Part shown: positions 20,259 to 29,629 of the stretch, one piece after another | How positions within the stretch are numbered: position 1 is the first letter of the stretch | Layout of the letters: every line of letters begins with the position of its first letter | Assembly: GCA_963825525.1 (NCBI GenBank) | Contig: CAWGTN010000002.1 | Location: 128,001-192,000, forward strand | Reading direction: 5' to 3' | From: an uncultured Chloroflexia bacterium | GTDB lineage: Bacteria > Chloroflexota > Limnocylindria > QHBO01 | DNA length: 64,000 bases | Position numbers and translations under genes: made by a program | The notes under the pieces: model-generated | The model's database searches: none | Seen by the model: the letters and a program-made list of their open reading frames with translations, nothing else | Told to the model about the DNA's origin: nothing

Positions 20259-21365
20259 ATGACCACCATCCAGCGGCCGAGCGCGCCTCCGTTGAGCCGG
20301 GCAGCGACGCTTCCGTCGCGCTATTACCTCGACGCCGACATCCTCGAGCGCGAGAAGGAGCTGGTGTTCGGCCGGACGTGGCAGCTGGTCGGGCGGGCGG
20401 ACCAGCTTCAGCGCATCGGCGACTTCATCCCGGTCACGGTGCTCGATGAACCGATCGTCATCACCCACGGGTTGGACGGAGAGCTCAAGGCCTTCTACAA
20501 CGTGTGCCGGCATCGGGCGGGTCAGGTGGCGCTCACCAAGGGCAATCGGAAGTCGCTCCAGTGCCGATATCACGGCTGGACGTACGGTTTGGATGGATGT
20601 CTGCGCGCCGCCCCGGAGATGGAGGCCACCGAGGGCTTCGCCAAGGAGGACTTCGGGCTCATCCCGGTCCGATGTGAGCGCTGGGGTCCCTTCGTGTTCG
20701 TGAATCTGAGCGATGACGCCCCGCCGCTGAGCGAGATGATGGGGAACATTCCGGGCGAGGTGGCCAGCGCCGGCTATGACGTGGACTCGATGCGACTGGT
20801 CGAGCGTCGCGACTACGTCATCGAGTGCAACTGGAAGGTCTACGTCGACAACTACCTCGAGGGCTATCACCTGCCGATCGCGCACCCGCAGCTCTTCAAG
20901 GAGCTCGACTACGACTCCTACCGCGTCGAGGAGTTCCGCTACTACAGCAAGCAGCACGCGCCGATCCGGGAGCTCAAGCCGGGGGAGGAGCTGGGCGTCG
21001 ACCGTCGCTATCTGCGGCAGCCGGGGGCCGAGGACAACGCGCTGTACTACTGGCTCTTCCCGAACACGATGTTCAACATCTACCAGGACAACATGTCGTC
21101 CAACGTGATCCTGCCGCTCGGGCCAGACCGAACGCTCACGATCTTCGAGTGGTTCTTCGCCGATCCGGGCTCGGGTCCCGGCTGGGAGTCGATGCAGCAG
21201 ACCATCGCCTTCAGTGACGAGATCCAGCAGGAGGACATCGTCATCTGCGAGCAGGTCCAGCGCGGCCTCCGCTCCCGCGCCTACGACACCGGTCGCTTCT
21301 CCGCCAAGCGCGAGAACGGCGTGTACCACTTCCAGAACCTCGTCCGCGAGTTCCTCGGGGAGTAG
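20259..21365 (+). CDS. Rieske non-heme iron oxygenase alpha subunit (choline monooxygenase-like)
   Basis: CRH...CRYH Rieske ligands; NWK..DNYLEGYH....H; EDIVICE. Confidence 0.92.
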   Translation: MTTIQRPSAPPLSRAATLPSRYYLDADILEREKELVFGRTWQLVGRADQLQRIGDFIPVTVLDEPIVITHGLDGELKAFYNVCRHRAGQVALTKGNRKSLQCRYHGWTYGLDGCLRAAPEMEATEGFAKEDFGLIPVRCERWGPFVFVNLSDDAPPLSEMMGNIPGEVASAGYDVDSMRLVERRDYVIECNWKVYVDNYLEGYHLPIAHPQLFKELDYDSYRVEEFRYYSKQHAPIRELKPGEELGVDRRYLRQPGAEDNALYYWLFPNTMFNIYQDNMSSNVILPLGPDRTLTIFEWFFADPGSGPGWESMQQTIAFSDEIQQEDIVICEQVQRGLRSRAYDTGRFSAKRENGVYHFQNLVREFLGE

Positions 21366-21400
21366 TCGGCCCTCGCGCGGCGTCCGGCCATCGGCCCTGA

Positions 21401-21750
21401 TCTTCGCCAGATTCATGCGGCATGCGCACCCGCGGCCGAATCGCGCCCAGTTTCGGCCACCTGCGGCGCTCAACCTGCAGGACGGCGATGAATCGCGTCA
21501 GTCGGCCGTTTCGTGCGCACCTGACGTGAATCTGGCAACGATTGGAACCACAACAGTCGTGGTGCCGGCCGTCGGCCCTGTCTTCGCCAGATTCATGCGG
21601 CATGCGCACCCGCGGCCGAATCGCGCCCAGTTTCGGCCACCTGCGGCGCTCAACCTGCAGGACGGCGATGAATCGCGTCGGTTGGCCGTTTCGTGCGCAC
21701 CTGACGTGAATCTGGCAACGATTGGAACCACAACAGTCGTGGTGCCGGCC
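21401..21750. repeat. Two tandem 180-bp units, each an imperfect palindrome of two REP-like ~35-bp motifs
   Basis: 21401-21570 matches 21581-21750 with 2 substitutions; GCCAGATTCA...TGAATCTGGC inverted pair in each unit. Confidence 0.9.
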
Positions 21751-22393
21751 CATTCGGTGCCCGCAGCCACCGCCGTGCCGAGGCTCCGCGCAACGCGTAC
21801 CCGTCGAAGAGCGCGGCGTGCCCCGCCACGTGGCGGCGCGTCGTCCTGTGCTCTGCGAACACGAGCGCGCGGCCCACGATTCGAGGAATCGGCCAGCCAA
21901 GCTGCTCTGCCAACATCGGCCCGAGCCGCGCTTTCGTATCCAGTCGCCGCAGGGTGTCCTGCACGTCCCCGAGCCGGCTCTTGACCTCAACCACGAGCAG
22001 GGCCTGTGCATCGGGGCGCCAGGCTAGAAGGTCGCAGCTCCCTCGATCGCCGAAGTGATTGAAGCTCACCTCGGGCTGCACGAGCCACCCAAACTTTGCC
22101 AGCCTGGCTGCCGTCTGATCCTGGACGGCGGCATGGAGCCGATCGACCAGCCGATCGAGATCCGCTCCGCGCCACCGCACCTCGACCAGCAGTTGGGCGT
22201 CGAGTGCAGCCACCAGTCGGTCCAGCGTTGCAAGCGTCACCGTGTCGAGCACTCCGCGCTCCACCCGGGATACGGCATCACGCGACAGGCCGGCTCGCGT
22301 GCCCAGGTCAACCTGGCGCCATCCCAGGCGAGCGCGCAGCCCCCGCATCGCGCGCGGCACGTTCGTTCGCATGGCGACGCCGATGATGCGCAT
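21650..22393 (-). CDS. XRE HTH fused to a PD-(D/E)xK endonuclease-like domain
   Basis: WRQVDLGTRAGLSRDAVSRVERG; E..F...GSCDLLAW...LVVEVKS. Confidence 0.8.
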   Translation of the reverse strand: MRIIGVAMRTNVPRAMRGLRARLGWRQVDLGTRAGLSRDAVSRVERGVLDTVTLATLDRLVAALDAQLLVEVRWRGADLDRLVDRLHAAVQDQTAARLAKFGWLVQPEVSFNHFGDRGSCDLLAWRPDAQALLVVEVKSRLGDVQDTLRRLDTKARLGPMLAEQLGWPIPRIVGRALVFAEHRTTRRHVAGHAALFDGYALRGASARRWLRAPNGPAPRLLWFQSLPDSRQVRTKRPTDAIHRRPAG

Positions 22394-22422
22394 AGGGCGA
22401 TTACCCAGCCATTACGACGGCC

Positions 22423-23076
22423 TTATCGGGCGCGACCGTCCAGGTAGGCGATGACCGCCAGGACGCGGCGGTTGTCATCGGGATGCTCTTCCAGGCCGAG
22501 CTTCGAGAAGATCGTCGCCACCTGGCCCTCGACCGTCTTGACCGAGATGGACAGCCGATCCGCGACCGAGCGGTTGGAGCGGCCCTCGGCGACGAGCGCC
22601 ATGACGTCGCGCTCCCGGGGCGTGAGGACGGAGAGCCGTTCCTGGGTCGCACGGCCCCGCACGATCTCGTCCACCACCGACGGGTCGATCGCCGATCCGC
22701 CGCTCGCCACTCGCTCGGCCGATGCCAGGAGCTCGGCCGCATCCGCCACGCGGTCCTTGAGCAGGTAGCCGACCCCGCCAGCCCCTCCCTGCAGCAGCAT
22801 GAGCGCGTACTCCGGCTCGAGAAACTGCGAGAGCACGAGGACCCCGACGGCTCCGCCATGCTCCTTGCGAATCCGGACCGCTGCGTTGAGCCCGGCCGTG
22901 TCGGATGGCGGCATCCGGATGTCGATAACGGCGAGGTCCGGCCGCAGCTCATCGACGAGCGCCAGGAGCTCGTCGCCGGTGCGGGCCTGCCCGACGATGG
23001 TCGCGCCGCCGGCGGTGAGGATGCGGACGACCCCTTCGCGGATGACCGCCGAGTCATCGGCCACGATCACTCGCAT
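22423..23076 (-). CDS. NarL/LuxR family response regulator
   Basis: ADD, DIRMPP, YLLKD, LTPRERDV HTH. Confidence 0.93.
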   Translation of the reverse strand: MRVIVADDSAVIREGVVRILTAGGATIVGQARTGDELLALVDELRPDLAVIDIRMPPSDTAGLNAAVRIRKEHGGAVGVLVLSQFLEPEYALMLLQGGAGGVGYLLKDRVADAAELLASAERVASGGSAIDPSVVDEIVRGRATQERLSVLTPRERDVMALVAEGRSNRSVADRLSISVKTVEGQVATIFSKLGLEEHPDDNRRVLAVIAYLDGRAR

Positions 23077-24632
23077 GGCAGCCACGCTTCGAGCCTTGTC
23101 CCGCCGCCAGGCGGACTGTCAAGCGTGAACCGGCCGCTGAGGGCTCGCACCCGGTCGCGCAGTCCCTCGATGCCCGAGCCGCCCAGGGAATCGGCACCAC
23201 CGACACCGTCATCGGCGACACCGATGAGAAGGCCGCCATCGGCGCGTTCGACCGAAACCTCGGCTCGCGACGCTCGAGCGCTGCGCGCGATGTTGGTCAG
23301 GGCCTCGGCGACGACGTAATACGCGGTCACCTCCACCGGCAGCGGCATCCGACCGTCGAGCGTGACCCGCAGCTCCACCGGGACCGTCGAGCGGCGCGCC
23401 AGCGTTCCGAGCGCCGGCCCGAGGCCAGCCTCGGTGAGGATCGCGGGATGGATTCCGCGGGCAAGCTCGCGCATCTCGTGCATCGCGTCGCGGAGCTCGG
23501 TGGCGATCTCATCGAGGCGTGGGCCGACGTCCGCCGGTTCGGATTCAATCATTCGACGCGCCTCGTCCAGGCGCATCGCCACCGCGGTGAGGTGTTGCTG
23601 CGCTCCGTCGTGCAACGCTCGCTCGATCCGGCGCCGCTCGGCGTCGCCGGCCGCAACAATCCGCGCGCGGGATGCGCGAAGCTCCGCCAGCTGGCTTCGG
23701 AGGAGCGTGGCCAATTCGTCGTTCTCGATGTAGGCGGCCAGGGCGTCGTCCACCGCGTCGGGTTCCTCGTCTCGTCCCAGTCGCGCCGCCATGGTCGACA
23801 GCGGACCGCCCGCGGACCGAAGGCGGAGGGTGCCGACCAGGAAGCTGATCGGCACAATGGCGCGCGCGCCCGGAACCAGCCAGTCCACGAAACCGGCGAG
23901 GCTTTCAGGAACGCTCAACAGCGGCGCTCCGGTCGCGGTGAGCGAGACCGTCTCGGCGGCGCTGTACGCCGCGAAGACCATGGCCACCACCGCTCCGATG
24001 ACCACCGGGCCGATCACCGATCTCGTCATCGACGGGCTCCCGAGCAGGCGTCGGGTGGCGACCAGGGCGACCACGAGGGCGAGGATGGCGATCCCGGCGC
24101 TGGCCAGGACCTCGACGGTCTCGAAGGCGACTCGGTCCTCGAGGACGGCAAACGGGTTGACCATGCTGCCCGGCGGGAATGCCTCGGGATGCGTTCGCGG
24201 CGGATCCTGGAGGAGCATGCGTCCGACGCTTCGCACGGCGAACGCTGCGCCCATGCCCCAGACGGCAATTCGGCCCGCGCGTGACAGGGCCTCTGCCGGG
24301 AACGTGAGTGCGAGCAGCGCAAATGCGACGTCGTAGTAGCCCTCGAAGGCGAAGCCGATGACCCACAGCGGCACGATGCCGGTCGGCCCGTAGCTGCCCA
24401 GCGACCACAGCGCGCCGCTGAGGACGAGGAGCGGCCCGGTGCGGGAGCTCGGTCGCCGACGCCAGGCGATCGTTCCCGCACCCACGAAGAGCAGGCCGAT
24501 GCCGGTGTCGAGGATGAGGAAGGTGAGTGGTGCCCCGGCCGCGATGCCGACGTAGTGGGTCACCACCACGAACGCCGTCGCGATGGCTACCGCGGGCCAC
24601 GGATCGCGTCGGACCAGCTCCGTGGGCGTCAT
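23067..24632 (-). CDS. Membrane sensor histidine kinase (HisKA_3)
   Basis: ERRRIERALHDGAQQ, EALTN, DDGVGG, GSGIEGLRDR. Confidence 0.92.
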   Translation of the reverse strand: MTPTELVRRDPWPAVAIATAFVVVTHYVGIAAGAPLTFLILDTGIGLLFVGAGTIAWRRRPSSRTGPLLVLSGALWSLGSYGPTGIVPLWVIGFAFEGYYDVAFALLALTFPAEALSRAGRIAVWGMGAAFAVRSVGRMLLQDPPRTHPEAFPPGSMVNPFAVLEDRVAFETVEVLASAGIAILALVVALVATRRLLGSPSMTRSVIGPVVIGAVVAMVFAAYSAAETVSLTATGAPLLSVPESLAGFVDWLVPGARAIVPISFLVGTLRLRSAGGPLSTMAARLGRDEEPDAVDDALAAYIENDELATLLRSQLAELRASRARIVAAGDAERRRIERALHDGAQQHLTAVAMRLDEARRMIESEPADVGPRLDEIATELRDAMHEMRELARGIHPAILTEAGLGPALGTLARRSTVPVELRVTLDGRMPLPVEVTAYYVVAEALTNIARSARASRAEVSVERADGGLLIGVADDGVGGADSLGGSGIEGLRDRVRALSGRFTLDSPPGGGTRLEAWLPCE

Positions 24633-24764
24633 GTGCCGGATCGTGGCACAGCGGCAGCGCGCCGCATACAGGGAAAACCCTCGGACGCTGTGGGGCTGTC
24701 ACCGATGCGCACGTGACGGCTGCCAGCGACGATGCGGCGGCAACCTAGCCTGCCGGAGGACCCC

Positions 24765-25853
24765 ATGTGGAACTGGACATCCGCGCGTTTCCTGATCGGA
24801 CTGCTGCTGGGAGCCATCATGCTTTCGGCGTGCGGGATGCAGTCACCGGAAGGAGCAGCGACGCCTTCTCCCTCGATCGCGGCGAGCATCCCACCGGAGC
24901 CACCGGTCAGCTCGGAGCCATCGCCATCGGCCGAGGTCGACCCTCTCGCCGCACGAACCATCGCAACGATTGACCTCGGCGGCGGACCCGACTTTCCGAC
25001 GGAGGCCTTCGGCTCGATGTGGGTGATCGCGGTCGATGGGCCGATCATGAATGACGGCACCTCACCGGCCGTCCATCGGATCGATCCCGAATCCAACACG
25101 GTGATCGCATCGATTCCGGTGCCGGGGCGCCTGTGCTCGGGGATCGGGGTGAGCCCGGAAGCCGTGTGGGTCTGCGGGCCGGATGGTCTGGTGCGCATCG
25201 ACCCCGCCACGAACGAGGTTGTGGCGACCGTCGAGCTTCGTCCGGCCCTGGTGACCAGCCGAATTCCGTATGGCGCCGGTTCCGTCTGGGCCTTTGCCAC
25301 CACGACGGTCGGCCCGGACCAGGTGGTCCGCATCGACCCGGCCACGGACGCGGTCACCGCCACCATCGACCTCGGCCACGTCGCGGGCACCATGGCGTTC
25401 GGCCTTGACGCCCTGTGGGTCACCGGTCCAGCCGACGATGTCCTGCTCAGGATTGACCCCGCCACCAATGCCGTCGAGGAATGGAGCACCGGGATCGACG
25501 GCGCCGGGTCGATCGCCGTCGGCGACGACGCGCTGTGGGTCTCCCTGATCTTCGAGCACGGCGTCCAGGGCCATGCCGATGACATGACGGTCGTGCGCAT
25601 CGACCCGCAGACCGGCGATGTGTCGCAGTCCTTTGCCACCGGCGGCCCGCTGGGAGACGAGGGCGAGATCGCCGCGAATTCCCACGGGGTGTGGGTTCGG
25701 GCACCGGAACCGTGGCTCGTCCGAATCGATCCGGCAACGAACGAGATCGTCGACCGCATCGATACCCGGAGCGGTCCGGGAGCCGTGACCGTCGCCTTCG
25801 GATCGCTCTGGGTCACCACCGAACGCGGTGAGGTCCTCCGTATCGAGCCGTGA
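24765..25853 (+). CDS. YncE/Vgb-like beta-propeller lipoprotein
   Basis: Lipobox LSAC; about seven xRIDPxTN repeats; GGAGG RBS; divergent from the two-component system. Confidence 0.8.
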   Translation: MWNWTSARFLIGLLLGAIMLSACGMQSPEGAATPSPSIAASIPPEPPVSSEPSPSAEVDPLAARTIATIDLGGGPDFPTEAFGSMWVIAVDGPIMNDGTSPAVHRIDPESNTVIASIPVPGRLCSGIGVSPEAVWVCGPDGLVRIDPATNEVVATVELRPALVTSRIPYGAGSVWAFATTTVGPDQVVRIDPATDAVTATIDLGHVAGTMAFGLDALWVTGPADDVLLRIDPATNAVEEWSTGIDGAGSIAVGDDALWVSLIFEHGVQGHADDMTVVRIDPQTGDVSQSFATGGPLGDEGEIAANSHGVWVRAPEPWLVRIDPATNEIVDRIDTRSGPGAVTVAFGSLWVTTERGEVLRIEP

Positions 25854-25883
25854 GCGGTTGGGTGAGCCGCTAGGATCTCCCAC

Positions 25884-26180
25884 GTGAACCCAGCAGCGCT
25901 CACGCACGACGACCTGGTTGAGCTCGTGCGCCGCTTCGAGGGACGGGAGGTGGAGACGGTGACGGGCCGGAAGTTCACCGCAGGCATTGCCCGCACGGGC
26001 GAGATCTTCTTCACGCCATCGTCGAGCGGCTACGGCCAGAGCGACGGGCGGAAGGCCGCGGAGCGATTCGTCGAGCGCTACAACCAGACCCGCAGCGTCC
26101 GGCCCGGTGACTACGCCGACGTCACGAGGAACGCCTCGTACTTCATCGGTCTCATCCTGGCCGCAGAGGAGCCCGAATGA
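25884..26180 (+). CDS. Hypothetical protein
   Basis: Typical codon usage; TAGGAT 7 nt upstream; ATGA overlap with the next gene. Confidence 0.65.
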   Translation: MNPAALTHDDLVELVRRFEGREVETVTGRKFTAGIARTGEIFFTPSSSGYGQSDGRKAAERFVERYNQTRSVRPGDYADVTRNASYFIGLILAAEEPE

Positions 26181-27016
26181 CTCAGCGCGCGGACGGCAAG
26201 CTGGCCGTCGCCCTCATCTCCGAAGTCTTCTGGGAGGCCGATGGCCCGATACGGCTCCGCCAGCGCCTGGCCGAAGCCGCCGACCGCGGTGTCGATCTCG
26301 CCGTCCTGCCGGAGCTGCCGCTGAACCCCTGGAGCCCGGCGACGAAACAGGTCCGCGAGGAGGATGCCGAGCCGATGGACGGCGAGCGCGTCCGGGCGCA
26401 GTCCGAGGCTGCCGCAGAAGCGGGGATCGGGCTCATCGGCGGGATCATTCATCGGGCCGAAGACGGACGGCGAACGAGCCGCGCTCTTGCCTTCGACAAC
26501 ACCGGCGAAATCGTCGCCAGCTACGAGAAGCTCCACCTTCCGGACGAGGAGGGATTCTGGGAGCCGAGCCATTACGACGTCGGCGACGCCCCGCCGCGGC
26601 GGATCGATGCATTCGGGCTGCCCATCGGCATTCAGCTGTGCTCCGACAACAATCGGCCGGAGGGCACCCACCTGCTCGGCGCCCAGGGCGTCGTCGCGAT
26701 GATCAACCCGCGATCCACGGAAGAGGCGACGTATCAGCGCTGGAAGACCGTCTGGATCGCGAACGCCCTGACGAGCTGCTGCTACGTGCTGAGCGTCAAC
26801 CGGCCGGAGCCGGAACAGGGCGTGCTGATCGGCGGACCCAGCGTGGCGATCGGGCCGCGCGGCGAGGTCCTGGTGGAGACCACGGATCGCATGGCGGTCG
26901 TCACGCTGGATGCGAGCGTGGTCCATGCCGCGCGGCGTGGATATCCGGGCTATCTGCCGGTGCGTGCCGGGCTGTATGCCGCTGCCTGGGACGAGATCGC
27001 GCGCTCGGACGGGTGA
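26177..27016 (+). CDS. Carbon-nitrogen hydrolase (nitrilase superfamily)
   Basis: E-K-C triad in LPEL, YEKLHL and LCSD. Confidence 0.9.
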   Translation: MTQRADGKLAVALISEVFWEADGPIRLRQRLAEAADRGVDLAVLPELPLNPWSPATKQVREEDAEPMDGERVRAQSEAAAEAGIGLIGGIIHRAEDGRRTSRALAFDNTGEIVASYEKLHLPDEEGFWEPSHYDVGDAPPRRIDAFGLPIGIQLCSDNNRPEGTHLLGAQGVVAMINPRSTEEATYQRWKTVWIANALTSCCYVLSVNRPEPEQGVLIGGPSVAIGPRGEVLVETTDRMAVVTLDASVVHAARRGYPGYLPVRAGLYAAAWDEIARSDG

Positions 27017-27022
27017 GCCCGA

Positions 27023-27732
27023 TCAGCCCTCGGCGAGCCGGAACTGACCGCGCGCGATGACGGTGTCGCCGACCAGGATCCGCATCTCGTAGACGCCGGG
27101 GCCCCAGTCACGCACGAACCCGGCGGCGTCACCGGCCACGAAGCCGGCGCGTGCTGGCGGCGGGATCCACGCCGAGCTGGTTGCCGGCCGCGGCCACGAT
27201 CTCCTCGCCATCGGTGCCGTCGTCGTTGAGGCGCACGACCTGCTCGCCGATCGTCGCCGCCCCGAACGGCTCCGTCGATGAGATGGAGTGCGCGAAGACC
27301 ATGCCCGGCGTGAAGGTGTCGACCGGTTCGATGACCTGGCGGTTGCCATCGAGCTCGGTGCCGAAGACCACGGTACCGGGCAGCTCGGGCGTCGGCTCGG
27401 GCGTCGGCTCGAGTGATTCGGACGGCGAGGGCTCAAGGGTCGGGGTCGCCGTCGGCGTGGCGGTCGCGCTCGGCGTAGGGGAGACATCGGCTCCGACGGT
27501 CGGGTCGGTCGGATTCAGGCTCGAGATGAAGAGGCCGATGAGCAACGCGCCCGAGGATGCTGCCGATGACCGCGCCCATCGACAGGAGCGAGTCACGGTC
27601 GGTGGGGTATCGACCGGTCGGAACGACGCGCGCTTCGCCATGTCGAAGCGAGACTCCACATGACCGACAGACCTGGGCCCATTCGGGGTTCGTGCGGCCG
27701 CAGTTGAAGCAGTCGACGGTCTCCTGGGTCAT
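27023..27732 (-). CDS. Zinc-ribbon plus TM plus Pro/Thr linker membrane protein (frameshifted)
   Basis: CFNCG...CRSCG N-terminus, TM helix, PT-rich stalk, spread over three frames. Confidence 0.7.
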
Positions 27733-27930
27733 GGAGCGGGCGGTCCTCCTGGGGGCATCTGCCGGTGGCGGCGAGAAGCCTAGCATGCAGGTGGCCGCCG
27801 GCGGTGAGAACGCCGACGGCCGGTCGGCCATCCCCGCAACGGGAGGACCGGGAATGAGTTTAGCGGCGATCGCCAGCCCCTACACTGGCGCCCGAACTCC
27901 CCCGAAGACGAGGATCCTCGCGTGCTGCAC

Positions 27931-28227
27931 ATGATCGTCAACACCCATCACGCCGAGAGCTGCCCCTTTCGCGGCAAGGACCACGCCGATGCGCTGGCAT
28001 CCGGCCTGGAGTCGCTCGAGGGTGCGGCCGAGGATCGCGGCGCCCGGGTGGCCGGAGCGTGGGTCAACGGCGCGGGTCACACGGCCTTCTTCCTGGTCGA
28101 CGCGCCGCACGCGCACGTCATCGACGAGATCATCCAGGCGGCCGGACTCACTGGTCGAACGCACTCCCAGGTCTTTGCCGTCGTCGAGCTGCCGGTGATC
28201 CTCGAGCGGATCAACACCGCGCGCTGA
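27931..28227 (+). CDS. Small GYD/DUF3303-like ferredoxin-fold protein
   Basis: HHAESCP...H..FFLVDA pattern. Confidence 0.6.
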   Translation: MIVNTHHAESCPFRGKDHADALASGLESLEGAAEDRGARVAGAWVNGAGHTAFFLVDAPHAHVIDEIIQAAGLTGRTHSQVFAVVELPVILERINTAR

Positions 28228-28253
28228 ACCTGCCGAGCACCGCGCTGCGCGGG

Positions 28254-28484
28254 CTACTCAGCAGCGGTGAGCAGCCGCGGCGCTGGTTCGCCCGATTGGA
28301 CCCCCAGGATCCACGCCGCGTCGCTTTCGACGAGGCGCTGCTGGATGCGGGCCCAGTAGACGTCACGCTCGCCGGGCTCGCGAATGGCACGCCGATCAAA
28401 CAGCGCGAGGCTGCGGAGCCACGACGAGAATCGGGGAGCTCGGCGGGTGCGGAGGGCCGCCAGCTCGATGTCGAGTTGGGTCAT
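28254..28484 (-). CDS. Hypothetical protein
   Basis: 76-aa ORF filling the intergenic gap. Confidence 0.4.
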   Translation of the reverse strand: MTQLDIELAALRTRRAPRFSSWLRSLALFDRRAIREPGERDVYWARIQQRLVESDAAWILGVQSGEPAPRLLTAAE

Positions 28485-28576
28485 GTGCGCCGCAGTCTGA
28501 ACCGGCCGCCTTCACATGGGAACGTCCCACTCGGCCTATTCCCACCCGTACCATTCGCTTGTCGACGCCCGATGCG

Positions 28577-29359
28577 TCAGCGAGGATCGAGCTTCAGCAG
28601 ACCGAACATCGCCCCGTGCGGATCGGTGATGATCGCGAACCGTCCACCCGGCATGTCGCTCGGCGACACCACCTCGGATGCGCCGCCATCGACCGCGCGC
28701 CGGAACGCGTCGTCGACATCGGCGACGTTGAAGTAGACCATCCAGTAGCTCGGCACCTCGGCGGGGACCATCGGCATCATCTCGAGCCCTCCGACGATCG
28801 GCTGGCCACCGGCGCTGAACGTCGTGTAGTCGGGCTGGCCTTCGCCCATCGGGCTCGTCTCGGCGGTCCATCCGAAGACATCGGCGTAGAACTTCGTCGC
28901 CTTGTCGATGCCGCGTGCGTTCAGCTCGGCCCAGCCGAACGCGCCCTCTCCCTCGGTGCGGAAGCTGCGCATGCCGGCCGCCTGCCAGGCCGATATGAAC
29001 GCGCCGCTCGCATCCTGGAAGACCGCCATGCGTCCCATGTCGCCGACGTCGAATGCCGGGGCGACGACGGTGCCGCCAGCCGCCTGGACCGCGTCGCCCA
29101 GGGCAGCGGCGTCGTCTGTCGCGAGGTAGAGCGTCCATGTGGTGGGTGCTTCGGGGTTCATCTTGCCGCCGATGCCGGCCACGTCGCCCTCGCCGTCCGC
29201 GAGCCGCGCCATGCCGTAGCCGCCGTACTGCGGATCGGGGGAGACCTCGATATTCCAGCCGAAGAGCTTGCCGTAGAACGCGCGCGACGCCTCCGGGTCA
29301 GGGCTCGAGAGCTCTACCCACGCCGGGCGCCCCGTCGCGATCGCCGTCTGGTCTGCCAT
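28577..29359 (-). CDS. Two-domain VOC/glyoxalase family protein
   Basis: Duplicated W.EL...FY..(L/V)FGW...D(P/A)xGA motifs; GAGGAG RBS. Confidence 0.9.
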   Translation of the reverse strand: MADQTAIATGRPAWVELSSPDPEASRAFYGKLFGWNIEVSPDPQYGGYGMARLADGEGDVAGIGGKMNPEAPTTWTLYLATDDAAALGDAVQAAGGTVVAPAFDVGDMGRMAVFQDASGAFISAWQAAGMRSFRTEGEGAFGWAELNARGIDKATKFYADVFGWTAETSPMGEGQPDYTTFSAGGQPIVGGLEMMPMVPAEVPSYWMVYFNVADVDDAFRRAVDGGASEVVSPSDMPGGRFAIITDPHGAMFGLLKLDPR

Positions 29360-29439
29360 GAGATCTCCTCTTCGCTCGTCGCTGATCGCGCCAAACCGCG
29401 GGTCGAGCGCGGGTGTGGCAGGAATTGACGATGGTGCCG

Positions 29440-29465
29440 CATTCTGTGCGGGCTAGGTGGGCGAA
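29440..29465 (+). repeat. Left terminal inverted repeat
   Basis: CATTCTGTGCGGGCTAGGTGGGCGAA. Confidence 0.9.
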
Positions 29466-29629
29466 ATAGCGAGGCCCGGGAGCCGGCTTGGCTCTCGGGC
29501 ACTTCGTTCACTGCCGAATAGGTGGCTCTTCGCAGGTACTGTACGCCATCGATCCGGGCGACGTGACCTGCCCTCCAGCCCAAGTGGGCTGTACCCTCAA
29601 CTGATCGGACTTATCAGGAGGGTGGATCG

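Noticed and set aside
21401-21750. CRISPR array
   Set aside because: The sequences between motifs are repeated rather than unique spacers, the motifs alternate in orientation, and no cas genes are present.
29432-29439. Integrase-type att core of a tRNA island
   Set aside because: The repeat is only 8 bp, directly abuts TIRs on both sides, and no integrase lies in the element, so a TSD fits better.
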